This document shows positions 34,965 to 46,459 of a DNA stretch of 64,000 bases, piece after piece (positions within the stretch are counted from its first letter, which is position 1; each line of letters opens with the position of its first letter). Source of the stretch: Rhodothermales bacterium (GTDB lineage Bacteria; Bacteroidota; Rhodothermia; Rhodothermales; VXPQ01); the NCBI GenBank assembly GCA_965116435.1, contig OZ220686.1, positions 831,456 to 895,455 on the forward strand. Reading direction: 5' to 3'. The translations under genes and the position numbers were made by a program. The notes under the pieces were generated by a model that was given only the letters and a program-made list of their open reading frames with translations, was not told where the DNA came from and ran no database searches.

Positions 34965-37707
34965 TCTCCCGGTCCAGGTCGTCCATTACTTCGCCGTACT
35001 GCGCCCAGTCGCCGGCTTCGAAGGCCTCGCGGAGGCGGCTCCACAGTGCGCGCACGCGGGCCAGGTCGTCCGGCGATACCGTCGGAGTAGCGGCGCCCGC
35101 CGCTGACTCGGCCTCGACTTCCAGCGTCGGCTCCCCGGAATACGCCGACCCGCGCCCGAACAACGCGGCCAGCGACTCGTCCAGCGTCGGCTCCATGGCG
35201 ATATCGTCCCCGAACGCCACGATCACCCGCTGCAACTGCGGAATATCCACGCCTTCCGCCAGCAGAAACACCGGCTCCACGTACAGGAACGAATTCTCAA
35301 TGGGAATCACCATGAGATTCCCCCGAATCACTCGCGAACCGCGCTGATCCCACAACGCCAGCTGCTGGGAAATTTCCGGGTCCTGATCGACGCGGGCCTC
35401 AATCTGAGCCGGTCCGTAAATAAGGCGCTGCTTGGGCAATTTGTACACCACAAGACGCCCGTACTCTTCCGGATCGGATTTCGCCGCCATCCACGAAATC
35501 ATGTTGTCCCGGTTTTCGGGCGTAAGCGGACTGATCAGCATGAACTCCAGCGGCGCGCGCGCATCGTCCGCCCCGGCATCCTCCGACGCGCCCTCGTCCG
35601 GTCCCGAAGGAAGCCGGGCCAGCACATAGTACGGCTCCATAAGGAGCTGCTGCCCGCCGTATTTCTCGAAGGGCCGCGTCCACAGGTCTTCGTTGTTGTA
35701 GAATACCTGCGGGTTCGTCATGTGGTAGCGGTTGAATCGCTCGAGTTGTATTTCGAACAGGTCCTGCGGATACCGGAAATGCCGCTCCAGCGACGGGGGC
35801 ATCTCGTCGCGCGCCTTGAACAGATTCGGGAAGATGGAGCGGTACACCTGCAATACGGGGTCTTCCTCGTCCGCTACATAGTACTCGACCGTACCGTGGT
35901 AGGCGTCCACCATGATCTTGACCGAATTCCGGATATAATTGAAATTCCGGAACGGCTGGGAGTACGGAAAATTCCGCGAGGTCGTGTACGCATCCTGCAC
36001 CCAGTACAACCGGTCGCGGCCCATCACCAGATAGGGGTCCCTGTCCAGTTCGAGGAACGGCGTAATCTTCCGAATGCGCTCCTGTACGCTGCGCCATATT
36101 TGCAGGCGGCTTTCGGAATGAATGTAATCCGAGAGGAGAATGTTGATGTCGCGCAGTTCCCAGGCGTACAACAAGCGGTGAAACGCGGTGCGTATGGGCA
36201 GCCCGCCCTGGCCGGCGTAGGAATTGTACACGTTTGCGTCGCCGCTGGGATAATCCAGCTCTTCGGCTCCCGTATTCACGATATAATAGGCGCCCACCTC
36301 TTCTTCGCCGTAGTAAATGGCCGGATTCTCCACCGACAGCGACTCGTACCCGAAATCCGGGGGTAAGTCCTTGACCACCAGAATCGGCTCACCCTGACTA
36401 TTCATTTCCGTAACGGGGCTCATGGCCAGGCCATACCCGTGCGTAAAGATCAGGCGGCGGTTTACCCAATTGTCCGACTGCCCCGGCAAGTCCGCAGATA
36501 TTTCGCGCGCCGATATCATCACCTGCTGCACGCCGCCGCCGTACTCGTACCGGTCGTTGTCCACGGAGAAAAATTCGTAGTACGTACGTATTTCCTGGAG
36601 TTGCTTGTAGGTCTGGATCAGCAACCGGGGGTCCCAGAGCCGGATATTGTCCACGGCGTCCTGGTTGTTCCGGATATCTTCGATACGGAGCGTATCGTTG
36701 GCTTCGTACTCGATTTCCGTCACGTCATGGAGGTTGTACGCCAGCCGGGTCATGGCGATGTTGTGCTCCAGATACGGCTCCTCCAGTTCGAGCTCGTTCG
36801 GCTCCACGATAAAATTTTGCACCATGCCGGGAAGCACCATCCGCCCGAGCACCCAGGCCAGCACGGCCACGCCAATCGCAGCGCCCATCATCCGGCGGCT
36901 GACGGCCCACCGCGTACTGACGAAAAGGAACACGCCAAGCAACGCCACCGCGGCCAGCGCGATCCACAGCGCGGGCAGCACAATGTGCACATCGGTATAC
37001 CCCGCCCCGAACACGATCCCCTGCGAGGAAAAAAGAATCTCGTAGCGGTCCAGAAAAAGGCCCGCCGCAAGTAGCAGCAACCAAATCGCAGCATTCAGTT
37101 TGAGGTGCGTTCGGACATTCTTGCGGGCCTGTACGCCCTGCCGAATGCCTTCGAACGTCAGGAGGCGCAGCACCGAGTAGACGCCGAGCAACGCAAGCAG
37201 CGTAAGAAAAACGAGCAATGCAAACGAGGTTTGCATCATATCCCAGAACGGGAGCTGGAACATATAGAAGCCGAGGTCCTTCCCGAAAATGGGATCGTTC
37301 TGCCCGAACGGCTCGTTCCATAGAAACCGAAGCGATTCGTCCCACCCCAGATAGAAGGTAAGCGCAAACAGCAGGGCGAAAAACAGCGCGACGCCGGTCA
37401 GTATCTTCTTTACGCGGCGGTAGTGCGCCGGATGGCTGAGGTTCAGCTCGATATCCTGCAGGGGCGTGCCAGTGAAGGTCGCCCAGCGCAGTTCTCCGGC
37501 CAGCATCCGCGCATTGGCGACCAGAAAAACGCCCGAAATCAAAAACGCCAGCACGCCAAGGCTTACCTTGGCCAACTTGAGCGTCCAGAAAACGCCCTCG
37601 TACCCCATCTCGCGCATCCACAGCCATTCGAAAATGACGGACGTCGAAATGCTCAGGACAATAAACGGAACAACGATATACAGCAGAATGCGAAAGCGTC
37701 GGGGCAT
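34954..37707 (-). CDS. UPF0182-family large membrane protein
   Basis: 917 aa. About 7 N-terminal TM helices followed by a large soluble region. [18 protein letters not shown]...[14 protein letters not shown]... is the typical UPF0182/COG1615 N-terminus. Confidence 0.75.
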   Translation of the reverse strand: MPRRFRILLYIVVPFIVLSISTSVIFEWLWMREMGYEGVFWTLKLAKVSLGVLAFLISGVFLVANARMLAGELRWATFTGTPLQDIELNLSHPAHYRRVKKILTGVALFFALLFALTFYLGWDESLRFLWNEPFGQNDPIFGKDLGFYMFQLPFWDMMQTSFALLVFLTLLALLGVYSVLRLLTFEGIRQGVQARKNVRTHLKLNAAIWLLLLAAGLFLDRYEILFSSQGIVFGAGYTDVHIVLPALWIALAAVALLGVFLFVSTRWAVSRRMMGAAIGVAVLAWVLGRMVLPGMVQNFIVEPNELELEEPYLEHNIAMTRLAYNLHDVTEIEYEANDTLRIEDIRNNQDAVDNIRLWDPRLLIQTYKQLQEIRTYYEFFSVDNDRYEYGGGVQQVMISAREISADLPGQSDNWVNRRLIFTHGYGLAMSPVTEMNSQGEPILVVKDLPPDFGYESLSVENPAIYYGEEEVGAYYIVNTGAEELDYPSGDANVYNSYAGQGGLPIRTAFHRLLYAWELRDINILLSDYIHSESRLQIWRSVQERIRKITPFLELDRDPYLVMGRDRLYWVQDAYTTSRNFPYSQPFRNFNYIRNSVKIMVDAYHGTVEYYVADEEDPVLQVYRSIFPNLFKARDEMPPSLERHFRYPQDLFEIQLERFNRYHMTNPQVFYNNEDLWTRPFEKYGGQQLLMEPYYVLARLPSGPDEGASEDAGADDARAPLEFMLISPLTPENRDNMISWMAAKSDPEEYGRLVVYKLPKQRLIYGPAQIEARVDQDPEISQQLALWDQRGSRVIRGNLMVIPIENSFLYVEPVFLLAEGVDIPQLQRVIVAFGDDIAMEPTLDESLAALFGRGSAYSGEPTLEVEAESAAGAATPTVSPDDLARVRALWSRLREAFEAGDWAQYGEVMDDLDREITE

Positions 37708-37877
37708 GGGATCGTAATGTGCAGGATGGCGATATGGATGAGACGGCCCGCGTCCGGGAAACAGGTAAAAAATCCCGCTGTCTTTTGGGGGCGAATTTCC
37801 TGTATTTTAGAATGCCTTGGCGGACGTACCCAGAGCATCCTTTGCAGACAGCGCAATATACCCCTGAAGATTATACG

Positions 37878-40800
37878 ATGAACGGCAGGATTTTGTTGGA
37901 TTTTTTCCAAAATTTGTTGGATCGATGGCTGGGCGGGCGCCTTTTGCGGGCGGCCTGGGCGACGCAGGCGGCGCTGCTCTTGCTCGCGCCCGGGACGGCT
38001 GCCGCGCAGGACGCCGGGCCGGTCGTAAACGAATTCATGGCGTCGAACTCGACCACGCTGTACGACGAGGACGGAGACGCTTCGGACTGGATCGAACTGC
38101 ATAACCCGACCGGACAAGCCATCGACCTGGGCGGATGGACGCTGACCGACGACGAGGACGCGCTGGACCAGTGGGTCTTTTCGGACAAAACGCTGAACGC
38201 CGGGGAATACTTCGTGGTATTCGCCTCTGGCAAGGATCGCCAGCCGACCGAGGGCTTCTGGAACAGCGTGGTGCGGCGGGGCGACCGGTTCCGCTATTTT
38301 CCGGGCGCGCAGCAGCCGCCCGACGCCTGGAACCAGCCGGGATTCGACGCCAGCGATTGGGACGAAGGGCCCAGCGCGCTCGGATACGAACGGGAGGCCG
38401 GCGGCGCGGACATTCAGACCGAGACGGATATCGAAGGGCTTCTCTCCCTGTACGCCCGCATCGAATTTACCGTGGAAAATCCGGACGACGTACTCCAGGC
38501 GATGCTCCATATGGACTACGACGACGGATTCGTGGCCTACCTGAACGGCGAGGAAATCGCCCGGAGCTTCATGCCCTCCAGAACGCCCTCCTTCAACACA
38601 CTCGCGTCGGGCCTGCACGAGGCCATGATCTACCAGGGCGGCGCCCCGGAACCGTTTCCCCTGTCGAATCCGCAAAGCCTGCTGCGCGCCGGGTCCAATG
38701 TGCTGGCCGTCCAGGTGCACAATGCCAACGAAACCTCCTCGGACCTTACGCTGATTCCGTTCTTTTCCCTGTACACGGAGCAGGAACCGGCGACGCACCG
38801 GGGACCGGCCCCGGAAATCACGTTTGCTTCCCGGAACGAATTTCACGCCAATTTTCGCCTGGCCCGCGGCGGCGAATACCTGGCGCTCGCGAACCCGTCC
38901 GGGGAGGTCGTATCCGAATTTGCCCCGGAATACCCGGCGCAGCGCCCCGACGTTTCCTATGGCCTGCTGGACGGCGGATATACCTGGTTCGACGTGCCCA
39001 CGCCGGGCCGGGCCAACGTCCCGGGCATGAGCGACGTGCTCGAACCGCCTACGTTCAGCGCGGCGGGCGCCCTCCTCAAAGAACCCTTCTCGCTGTACCT
39101 GTTCCCGGAAACGCCCGGAAGCATCGTCCGCTATACGCTGGACAATTCGGACCCTTCGGAAACGAACGGAACGCCCTACGCCGACCCGATCTACATAGAC
39201 GAAACGACGGTGGTGCGGGCCGCCGCCTTCATGGAGGGCGCCGCGCCGTCGCCCAGCGTAACGCGCACGTACATCTTCCCGACGGACGTGATCCAGCAAT
39301 CGCCGGCCAGCATGGCGGCCAAAGGATGGCCTTCGTACTGGGGCGGCAACGATGTGGATATGGGAATGGACCCGCAGATCGTCGAGGGACAGGAAAACGA
39401 CGTGCTGGCCGCGCTCTCGGCCGCGCCTTCTTTTTCCATCGTCCTGCCGCCCGACTCGCTGTTCGACGGCAGCCGCGGCATCTATTCCAATGCGCTTGAG
39501 TACGGGCGGGATTGGGAGCGCCCGGCCTCCATCGAACTCATCTACCCCCCGGACTTTCCGCCCGAAACCGGGCCCGAGGCGCAGCATGGCGGGCGGGACG
39601 GATTCGCAGTGAACGGGGGCGTGCGCATTCGCGGAGGATGGAGTCGCAACGACGAGAATCCCAAACATGCCTTCCGGCTGTATTTCCGGGGGGAATACGG
39701 GCCGGGAACCCTTTCCTACGCGCTCTTCGGCGACGAAGGCGTGGACGAATTCGACAAGTTCGACCTGCGCACCGCCCAGAATTATTCGTGGTCGTTCAAC
39801 GGTTCCGAGGCGAATACCATGCTCCGCGAGGTGTTTTCGCGGGATACCCAGCGCGACATGGGCGTCCCCTACACGCGCAGCCGGTATTACCATCTGTATC
39901 TGAACGGGCAATACTGGGGCGTTTTCCAGAGCCAGGAACGATCCGACCACTGGCACGGCGCGGCCTACCTCGGGGGGAGGCCGGACGACTACGATGTCGT
40001 GAAATCCGCCGGCCTGGACGGAGGCTATACCGTGGAAGTGACGGCGGGCAAGATCGACGACTGGCGCCTGCTGTACGACGAGGTAAACCGGCTGGCTGCG
40101 CTCGCCGACGCAGAGGAGCGCGACGCCCTCTACATGAAGTTGCAAGGCCTGAACCCGGACGGCTCGCGCAACCCGGACTACCCGGCGCTGCTGGACGCGG
40201 ACAACCTGATCCAGTACATGCTCGTCATCTTCTGGACCGGGAACACGGATGCGCCGATTACGCCCTTCGACGGCACGAACAATTTCTTCGGCGTCCGGGC
40301 GCGGAACGGCGAACGCGGCTTCGTCTGGTTCGCGCACGATGGCGAGCATTCGCTTTTTTCGACGTCCCGGTTCGGAAGCGGGCACAACCGGACCGGTCCC
40401 TTCCCGGCGGGAGATCAGTTTCAGTTCAGCAATCCGCAGTGGATTCATCAGCAACTGATGGGGTCGAGCGAATACCGGCTTCGGTTTGCGGACCTCGCGC
40501 AACGGCATTTGTCTGGAGACGGGGCCTTGACCGGCGAGGCGGCGGTGGCCCGCTGGGATGCGCGGGCAGACGAGGTCCGCGCGATCATTCTTGCAGAATC
40601 GGCCCGGTGGGGGGATTCCAAACGGGAGCCGCCGCTCACGATAGACGACTGGCGCCGGGAAGTTGCGTCGGTGCGGGGCGGATTCCTGTCGGCGCGGACG
40701 CCCGTCGTGCTGGAGCAGCTCAAGCAAACTTCGCGGTATGCCCTGGGCAACCCGGCAGACGGGCTGGAGTCGGCTCCGCTGTATCCGGCGGTGGACGCAC

Positions 40801-42821
40801 CCGTATTCAGCCATCCGGAAGGCGCGTCGTCCGACCCCTTTACGCTGACCATGCAGGCCCCGTCGGGCGGAACCATTTTCTATACGCTGGACGGCAACGA
40901 TCCCCGACGGATCGGCGGAGCCGTAGCGGCGGGGGCCATGGAATACGGCGAGGCGGGCGTGGCGATGGCCGGGTACAACCGGGTGATGGCGCGGGCACGG
41001 ACGGACGACGGCGCATGGTCGGCGCTGGAAGAGGCCGAATACTTTGCGGGCGTCGCCGCCCCCATCGCCTCGCACATTGTCGTTTCGGAAATTCATTACA
41101 ATCCGACGGAGCCGACCGAGGAAGAGATTGCGGCGGGATTCGACAACAACGACGACTTCGAATTCATTGAACTGCACAATCCCTCCGGCGAGGCGGCGGC
41201 GCTGGGCGGGCTGGCCTTTACGGAAGGCATTGCGTTCGCCTTCGGCGACGAGACGCTGGCGCCGGGCGCCCGGATCGTGGTGGCCGCAAGCGAACGCGCT
41301 TTCCGCATGCGGTACGGCCCGGGGGCGCATGTGGCGGGAAGCTACGCCTCCGGACGGCTCAATAACGGCGGCGAAACGCTTGTGCTCAGCAACGCAACCG
41401 GAGACATCCTGGCCCGCATCGACTACGCCGACGGCGGCGGGTGGCCGGCGCGGGCGGACGGCGGCGGCAGTTCGCTGACGCTGGACCCCGCACGCGCAGA
41501 CGATCCGGGGCGGGCCGCCGCGTGGCGGGCCAGCGTGGAATACGGGGGGTCGCCGGGCGCAGCGGGGCGCATCGCATTCCGGGACGTGATCATCAACGAG
41601 GCGCTGGCGCACAGCGACCCGCCGGACGTAGACGCCGTAGAACTCTACAACCCCACGACGAGTCCGGTCGATCTTGGCGGGTGGCTGCTCAGCGACGGCG
41701 AACCGCTGGACAAATACCGCATCCCGGAGGGCGTGGTCCTTGAGGCGGGCGGATACCTGGTCCTGGACGAACATGATTTCAATGCCGCAAACGCCGACAA
41801 TGGCTTTGCCTTCAACAGCGCGTACGGGGACCGGATCCGGCTCGTGGCTACGGACGCAGCGGGGCGCCCCGCTCTGTTCGCCGACGAGGCGGCCTTCGGC
41901 GCCACCCGCACCGGCGTAACGATCGGGCGGCCCGAGGATACGGGAGACGCCTTTGTACCCCTTGCGGAACCTACGCTGGGCGGACCCAACAGTGCAGCCC
42001 GAACGCCGCAGGTCGTCTTCCGGGAAATCATGTATCACCCCCCTGGCAACAACCCGAATCTCGAATATGTCGCCCTGTACAATGCGGGCGACGAGACGGC
42101 AAACCTGGCGGGATGGACCTTGCGAAAAGGCGTGGATTTCGCATTCCCGGACGACACTCGGATCGCGCCGGGAGACAGCCTGTTCGTGACCGCCTTCGAT
42201 CCTGCCGCCGAGCCCGAAAGCGCCGCCACGTTCCGGCTGGCGTACGGATGGGACGACGCCCGCCGATTGATCGGGGGTTGGGACGGGCGCCTGGCCAACG
42301 ACGGCGAAACGCTCGACCTGAATAGCCCGGACGATCCCCCGGAAGACGACCCGTCGTTCGTCCCGGAAACGCTGGAAGAGCGGGTTACGTGGAGCGATGC
42401 GGCGCCCTGGCCCGAAAGCGCGGACGGCGGAGGGAGCGCGCTGCGCCGGACAAACGTCGCCGGACTCGGCAGCGATCCGGCGAACTGGACCACGATCCCG
42501 CGCATGTTCGTCGTGCGCGAGATCGAACGCCCGCCCGACCCGCCGACAGTGTTCGGAGAATATGTGCTGTCGCCAGCGTATCCCAACCCGACGCAGGGCA
42601 TGTCCCGCGCCGACCTGACCGTAGGCGAAACGCAGCATGTCCGCGCCACGCTATACGACATGCTTGGACGCGAGGTCTACCGCGTGCTGGACGGCACGGT
42701 GCGCTCCGAAACCATCGAAGCGCTCGTCGTGGACGGGGCGAACTTGGCAAGCGGCGTCTATATCCTCCGCATCCGGGGCGAAAATTTCTCCGCCATGCGG
42801 TCCTTTGCGGTAGTGCGGTAG
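37878..42821 (+). CDS. Giant secreted CotH-kinase-family protein with multiple lamin-tail domains and T9SS CTD
   Basis: Start moved to the ATG at 37878 (signal ...ALLLLAPGTAAAQ). There are at least four LTD modules (VVNEFMASN...DWIELHNPTGQAIDLGGWTLTDD; VVSEIHYNP...FIELHNPSGEAAALGG; INEALAHSD...VELYNPTTSPVDLGGWLLSD; FREIMYHPP...YVALYNAGDETANLAGWTL). CotH core: YHLYLNGQYWGVFQSQER. C-terminal CTD: VYDMLGREV...GVYILRIRGE. Confidence 0.8.
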   Translation: MNGRILLDFFQNLLDRWLGGRLLRAAWATQAALLLLAPGTAAAQDAGPVVNEFMASNSTTLYDEDGDASDWIELHNPTGQAIDLGGWTLTDDEDALDQWVFSDKTLNAGEYFVVFASGKDRQPTEGFWNSVVRRGDRFRYFPGAQQPPDAWNQPGFDASDWDEGPSALGYEREAGGADIQTETDIEGLLSLYARIEFTVENPDDVLQAMLHMDYDDGFVAYLNGEEIARSFMPSRTPSFNTLASGLHEAMIYQGGAPEPFPLSNPQSLLRAGSNVLAVQVHNANETSSDLTLIPFFSLYTEQEPATHRGPAPEITFASRNEFHANFRLARGGEYLALANPSGEVVSEFAPEYPAQRPDVSYGLLDGGYTWFDVPTPGRANVPGMSDVLEPPTFSAAGALLKEPFSLYLFPETPGSIVRYTLDNSDPSETNGTPYADPIYIDETTVVRAAAFMEGAAPSPSVTRTYIFPTDVIQQSPASMAAKGWPSYWGGNDVDMGMDPQIVEGQENDVLAALSAAPSFSIVLPPDSLFDGSRGIYSNALEYGRDWERPASIELIYPPDFPPETGPEAQHGGRDGFAVNGGVRIRGGWSRNDENPKHAFRLYFRGEYGPGTLSYALFGDEGVDEFDKFDLRTAQNYSWSFNGSEANTMLREVFSRDTQRDMGVPYTRSRYYHLYLNGQYWGVFQSQERSDHWHGAAYLGGRPDDYDVVKSAGLDGGYTVEVTAGKIDDWRLLYDEVNRLAALADAEERDALYMKLQGLNPDGSRNPDYPALLDADNLIQYMLVIFWTGNTDAPITPFDGTNNFFGVRARNGERGFVWFAHDGEHSLFSTSRFGSGHNRTGPFPAGDQFQFSNPQWIHQQLMGSSEYRLRFADLAQRHLSGDGALTGEAAVARWDARADEVRAIILAESARWGDSKREPPLTIDDWRREVASVRGGFLSARTPVVLEQLKQTSRYALGNPADGLESAPLYPAVDAPVFSHPEGASSDPFTLTMQAPSGGTIFYTLDGNDPRRIGGAVAAGAMEYGEAGVAMAGYNRVMARARTDDGAWSALEEAEYFAGVAAPIASHIVVSEIHYNPTEPTEEEIAAGFDNNDDFEFIELHNPSGEAAALGGLAFTEGIAFAFGDETLAPGARIVVAASERAFRMRYGPGAHVAGSYASGRLNNGGETLVLSNATGDILARIDYADGGGWPARADGGGSSLTLDPARADDPGRAAAWRASVEYGGSPGAAGRIAFRDVIINEALAHSDPPDVDAVELYNPTTSPVDLGGWLLSDGEPLDKYRIPEGVVLEAGGYLVLDEHDFNAANADNGFAFNSAYGDRIRLVATDAAGRPALFADEAAFGATRTGVTIGRPEDTGDAFVPLAEPTLGGPNSAARTPQVVFREIMYHPPGNNPNLEYVALYNAGDETANLAGWTLRKGVDFAFPDDTRIAPGDSLFVTAFDPAAEPESAATFRLAYGWDDARRLIGGWDGRLANDGETLDLNSPDDPPEDDPSFVPETLEERVTWSDAAPWPESADGGGSALRRTNVAGLGSDPANWTTIPRMFVVREIERPPDPPTVFGEYVLSPAYPNPTQGMSRADLTVGETQHVRATLYDMLGREVYRVLDGTVRSETIEALVVDGANLASGVYILRIRGENFSAMRSFAVVR

Positions 42822-42910
42822 CGCGGCAGGAGAACCAGAGGCCGGGCGGCGCCCGCAACGTCAGGGCGCGGCCTGCCCGAAAAAGCCTTTCCCGGGGCAG
42901 GCGTCCAAAA

Positions 42911-43678
42911 TCACTCGTGCTCCTTCACAAAGATATTCCGAAACTGCACAAGGGAGGGCGGGCTTACCCATTCCCCGGCGTCGTTCTTGTGGCCATGGTG
43001 CTGCAATCCGATGGGGCCGCAATCGGGAATTTCATTCAGGAAAATGCGGTCGATCACGAGCTGGCCGTTGATCCAGATGGTCATGAACGAGCCCCGTACG
43101 ACGATTTTCGAGGTATTCCATTCCCCGATCGCATGGTCCGCATGGACGAGCGGCAGGGCGGCCCGGCGGACTTCCGGCGGCTGGTTCCGATCCATGCGGT
43201 AGCCATACACTTCCCCGGAGCCGTACGGCCAGTTCCAGATGTTGTGCTGGGCCTTGCCGTGGCCGCGCGGGAGAATGCCGGAATCGGAGTCGGGCACCGC
43301 CATCACCATGGCCTTGCCGTCCTGATCCTGCTTGTGCGTCCCGTCCGCCAGGATGATGGGCACATTCGGATTCGTGTACGGCTCCACGGTCGTAATGCGC
43401 CAGTCGATCTTCAGCGTGTAATCGCAGTAGTCTTTTTCCGTCCAGAGGCTCTTGTCTCCTTCGGCCTCGCTTTCCGCATCGTAGTCGATGACGCCGTCCA
43501 TCACCTTCCAGTGGCCGCCGTCCCCTTCGGGAATGACCCAGCCGTCGAGATTTTCTCCATTGAATATGGACGTATAGCCTTCGGGCGCCTGCATCTGGGC
43601 CTGGGCGACTTGCGGCGTAGCACAAAGCGCAAGCAACAGAATCATGCAAAGCGAACGTGCACAGCGTATTGATTTCAT
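42911..43678 (-). CDS. DUF1080 (3-keto-disaccharide hydrolase-like) secreted protein
   Basis: Signal peptide. FNGENLDGWVIPEGDGGHWKVMDGVIDYD, GLQHHG and FRNIFVKE are typical of DUF1080. Confidence 0.75.
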   Translation of the reverse strand: MKSIRCARSLCMILLLALCATPQVAQAQMQAPEGYTSIFNGENLDGWVIPEGDGGHWKVMDGVIDYDAESEAEGDKSLWTEKDYCDYTLKIDWRITTVEPYTNPNVPIILADGTHKQDQDGKAMVMAVPDSDSGILPRGHGKAQHNIWNWPYGSGEVYGYRMDRNQPPEVRRAALPLVHADHAIGEWNTSKIVVRGSFMTIWINGQLVIDRIFLNEIPDCGPIGLQHHGHKNDAGEWVSPPSLVQFRNIFVKEHE

Positions 43679-43832
43679 GACGTCGGGGTCTGGAATGGGA
43701 TGAATGATGAAATACGGGGTGACATGCGCACGCGGAGCGCCGCCGGATGGTCTGAGTGATTCAGAGGGTCCAGCGGCGCTCCGCCGCGCGTTGCAACGGA
43801 TAGCGAGGCGGGCGGTTGCCCGAAATGCGGCG

Positions 43833-45236
43833 CTAAAACTCAGCGAGGTCTTCCTCTCCGCCGGCCTCTTCCTCCGTCTTGAGTTCGACGGCCTTGTACC
43901 CGCCCTTCGACCGGAAGTACAGTATCAGCAGGACATAGCACACGAACATGAAGCCCGGGAGCCATGCGACGCGCTGCAACGCCAACTGACTTGCCGTTGA
44001 TTGCACAGCCACGACCCGTTCCTGATCTTCCGGGGGCAACAGCGCTACGGCATCGTGGTCCAGCGGACGATAGGGCACAGTCCCAAGCAAGGCGGTACGC
44101 TCCTCGCCAAGTATCTGGTCGCTGAGGTCTGTAACCTGCGCCTCTACCTGGTTGGTAATGGAGTTTTCCTGTATGGCGCCGATCATCAGACCGCCAAGCG
44201 AACCCGCCGCAAGCATGCCCACGCCGGCGATCGTGTTGATCGTCATGGCGCCGCCCTGCGGAAACCGCTCGGATACCACGCCCAGCGTCGTGGGCCAGAA
44301 GAACGTCTTGCCAAGACCATAGAGGGTCGCGGCGAAAAATACCGCCAGAATCGCCGCTCCCGCCTGCGAAAGCGCAACGAGGCCCAGGCAAGCAACGGCG
44401 GCGCTGCACGCCAAGAGACCCAACGGATTGATCCGGTGCACGATCGGCCCCGCAAAGAAGCGAAGCACGAACATGATGGCCGAGGTGTACACGAGCACCC
44501 ACAACGGATGCACGGGGGTATTGCTCAGTACGCTTTCCATCAGCGCCGTAATCCAGCCATCCGTGCCCAGTTCCGTGATGGCCAACGGAACCATGATAAC
44601 CAGCATAATGAGAAAGACAGGGTGGAGCATGGCCTTGAGCATGCCGCTATACTTGACGCCCGCCGCCACGCGCTCCTGCACCGGCCAGGTTTCCCGAACC
44701 AGCATCCAGCCGTAGACCAGCGTGGGCAGAATCACGAACGACACCTGCCAGCGCCAGCCGATGTCGCCCACCGCAATGAGCAAAATGCCCCCCGCCACCA
44801 GGCCGCCCGGCCAGCCCGCATGCAATATATTCAGGTGGTGCGTCTTGGAATTGGGATACAGGGTGGCCACCGCCGGGTTGACGACCGCCTCCACGATGCC
44901 GTTCGCCAGCGCCAGAATGAATGTCCCGATGTAAAGCACCCAGAACGGATCGCCTATGTGTCCGGCGCATATCGTCACGAGCGCAGAGAGAATATGCCCT
45001 GCGCAGGCGATGCGGATCGACGTATGATACCCGATCTTGTCGATGATCAGACTGAACAGAATGATGGTGAGCGGGAAGCCCAGAACGCCCGCCCCGCTAA
45101 TCCATCCCAACTCTACGCCGCTCAGATTGAATTCCGTACCCCATTGACTAAGGAGTCCACCTCGAATAACGAAGCCGAAAGCCGTGGCGACCAGCGCCAC
45201 GATGCTTCCCACGAAAAGACGTTGTTTGTTGACCAT
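43833..45236 (-). CDS. MFS transporter
   Basis: 467 aa with about 12 predicted TM segments and a central hydrophilic loop. Co-directional with the Gfo/Idh/MocA gene. Confidence 0.75.
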   Translation of the reverse strand: MVNKQRLFVGSIVALVATAFGFVIRGGLLSQWGTEFNLSGVELGWISGAGVLGFPLTIILFSLIIDKIGYHTSIRIACAGHILSALVTICAGHIGDPFWVLYIGTFILALANGIVEAVVNPAVATLYPNSKTHHLNILHAGWPGGLVAGGILLIAVGDIGWRWQVSFVILPTLVYGWMLVRETWPVQERVAAGVKYSGMLKAMLHPVFLIMLVIMVPLAITELGTDGWITALMESVLSNTPVHPLWVLVYTSAIMFVLRFFAGPIVHRINPLGLLACSAAVACLGLVALSQAGAAILAVFFAATLYGLGKTFFWPTTLGVVSERFPQGGAMTINTIAGVGMLAAGSLGGLMIGAIQENSITNQVEAQVTDLSDQILGEERTALLGTVPYRPLDHDAVALLPPEDQERVVAVQSTASQLALQRVAWLPGFMFVCYVLLILYFRSKGGYKAVELKTEEEAGGEEDLAEF

Positions 45237-45267
45237 GATCGTGTTGCAGAGTAAATGAAAAGGAGGG

Positions 45268-46377
45268 TCAGGAAACGGCGGGGATGTCGATGCGCCGCCC
45301 GCCTTGCATGGCCGATTCGTGGGCGCAAATGCCCGTCATCGTCCAGTTGGCGGCGGCCGCCGCGTCGGCAACCGCCTCGCGGTCTTCGAGAATAGCCCGA
45401 AGAAATTCGTGAACCATGTGCGGGTGCGACCCGCCGTGCCCGCCCCCCTGAATGAAGGACGTATGTTCGTGTTCGTCGTCGTACACGCCCCCGGTGGTAA
45501 ACGGCGCAATTTCGTCGGGAAGCAGGTGGGCGTAGTCGGGTACCTCAATGCGCTCGGCGTCCTCGTATCCGGAATAGACGACCGGGCCGTCCCCGATCGT
45601 TTGCTCCCACTCGAACGAGCTTTCCGTGCCGTACACGTCAAAGCTTTCCCGGTACTGCCGGATGGTGTTGAAAAGGGACCGGGTCACCTCGCAGGACAGG
45701 TCCGAGTCCGCCATCGACACCAGCGCAGACTCGACGGCGAAGGGGGAACCGTAGGGCGCAATATAATCTTCCTGAATGCGCCCAGAGCCAAAGCACACGA
45801 CGGATTCGGCGTACGCGCCGGCAAGCAGCAAGAGCGGACTCACCGCGTGCGTGGCGTAGTGCATGGGCGGAAATCCGTACCAATAGGCGGGCCAGCCGGG
45901 CAGGCCCATATTCTGCTGATGCGATCCGCGTAAAAATTGTATTTTCCCAAGGTGCCCCGATTCGAGCAGTTCGCGGGCATACAGAAATTCCCGGGTATAA
46001 ATGGCCGTCTCCATCATCATATATACCTTGCCGCTGCGGCGACGGGCCTCCGCGATCCGAAGGCATTCGTCCACAGTGGTCGCCATGGGCACGGTGCAGG
46101 CCGTATGCTTGCCCGCCTCCAGCGCCGCGAGAGACATGGGCGCATGCGCCGCAATCGGGGTGTTGATGTGCACAGCATCCACATCGGGATCCGCAAGAAG
46201 CGCTTCGTACTCCGTATAGCGCCGCTCCACGCCGAATTGCTCTCCAATCTCGTTCAATCCTTTTTCGTCTCGCTTGCAAATCGCCCACAGCTCCGCATTG
46301 GGATGACGTTGATAAATGGGTATGAATTCGGCGCCGAAGCCCAGTCCGACGACCGCAACGTTGATTTTGTCCGGCAT
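45268..46377 (-). CDS. Gfo/Idh/MocA-family NAD(P)-dependent oxidoreductase
   Basis: N-terminal Rossmann INVAVVGLGFGAEFIPIYQRHP...AVHINTPIAAHAPMSLAALEAGKHTACTVPMA. Confidence 0.85.
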   Translation of the reverse strand: MPDKINVAVVGLGFGAEFIPIYQRHPNAELWAICKRDEKGLNEIGEQFGVERRYTEYEALLADPDVDAVHINTPIAAHAPMSLAALEAGKHTACTVPMATTVDECLRIAEARRRSGKVYMMMETAIYTREFLYARELLESGHLGKIQFLRGSHQQNMGLPGWPAYWYGFPPMHYATHAVSPLLLLAGAYAESVVCFGSGRIQEDYIAPYGSPFAVESALVSMADSDLSCEVTRSLFNTIRQYRESFDVYGTESSFEWEQTIGDGPVVYSGYEDAERIEVPDYAHLLPDEIAPFTTGGVYDDEHEHTSFIQGGGHGGSHPHMVHEFLRAILEDREAVADAAAAANWTMTGICAHESAMQGGRRIDIPAVS

Positions 46378-46459
46378 ATGTCCAAATGATGGTACGCGAA
46401 AGAAATTCCGGCAAGCAATATAATAATCTTTGCAAAAAGTTTACACTTTTCCTGAAATT

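Noticed and set aside
37653-42638. 1661-aa ORF antisense to the CotH/LTD gene. Similar very long antisense ORFs occur at 6128-9472, 10160-13063, 1754-3886, 51-1172, 13129-14511, 16276-17592, 30768-32432, 32511-34127, 44001-45254, 45638-47566, 46810-48078, 49639-51450, 55314-56951 and 59540-60736.
   Set aside because: High-GC DNA is depleted of stop codons on the opposite strand. These translations are Arg/Gly/Pro/Ala-rich low-complexity sequence with no recognisable motifs, while the chosen strand always carries clear family signatures (signal peptides, catalytic motifs, CTDs).
42872-42903. Bidirectional terminator hairpin between the convergent CotH and DUF1080 genes
   Set aside because: There is only an imperfect 7-bp stem (CCTGCCC/GGGCAGG) with a 16-nt loop and no clear T-tract, which is too weak to call.
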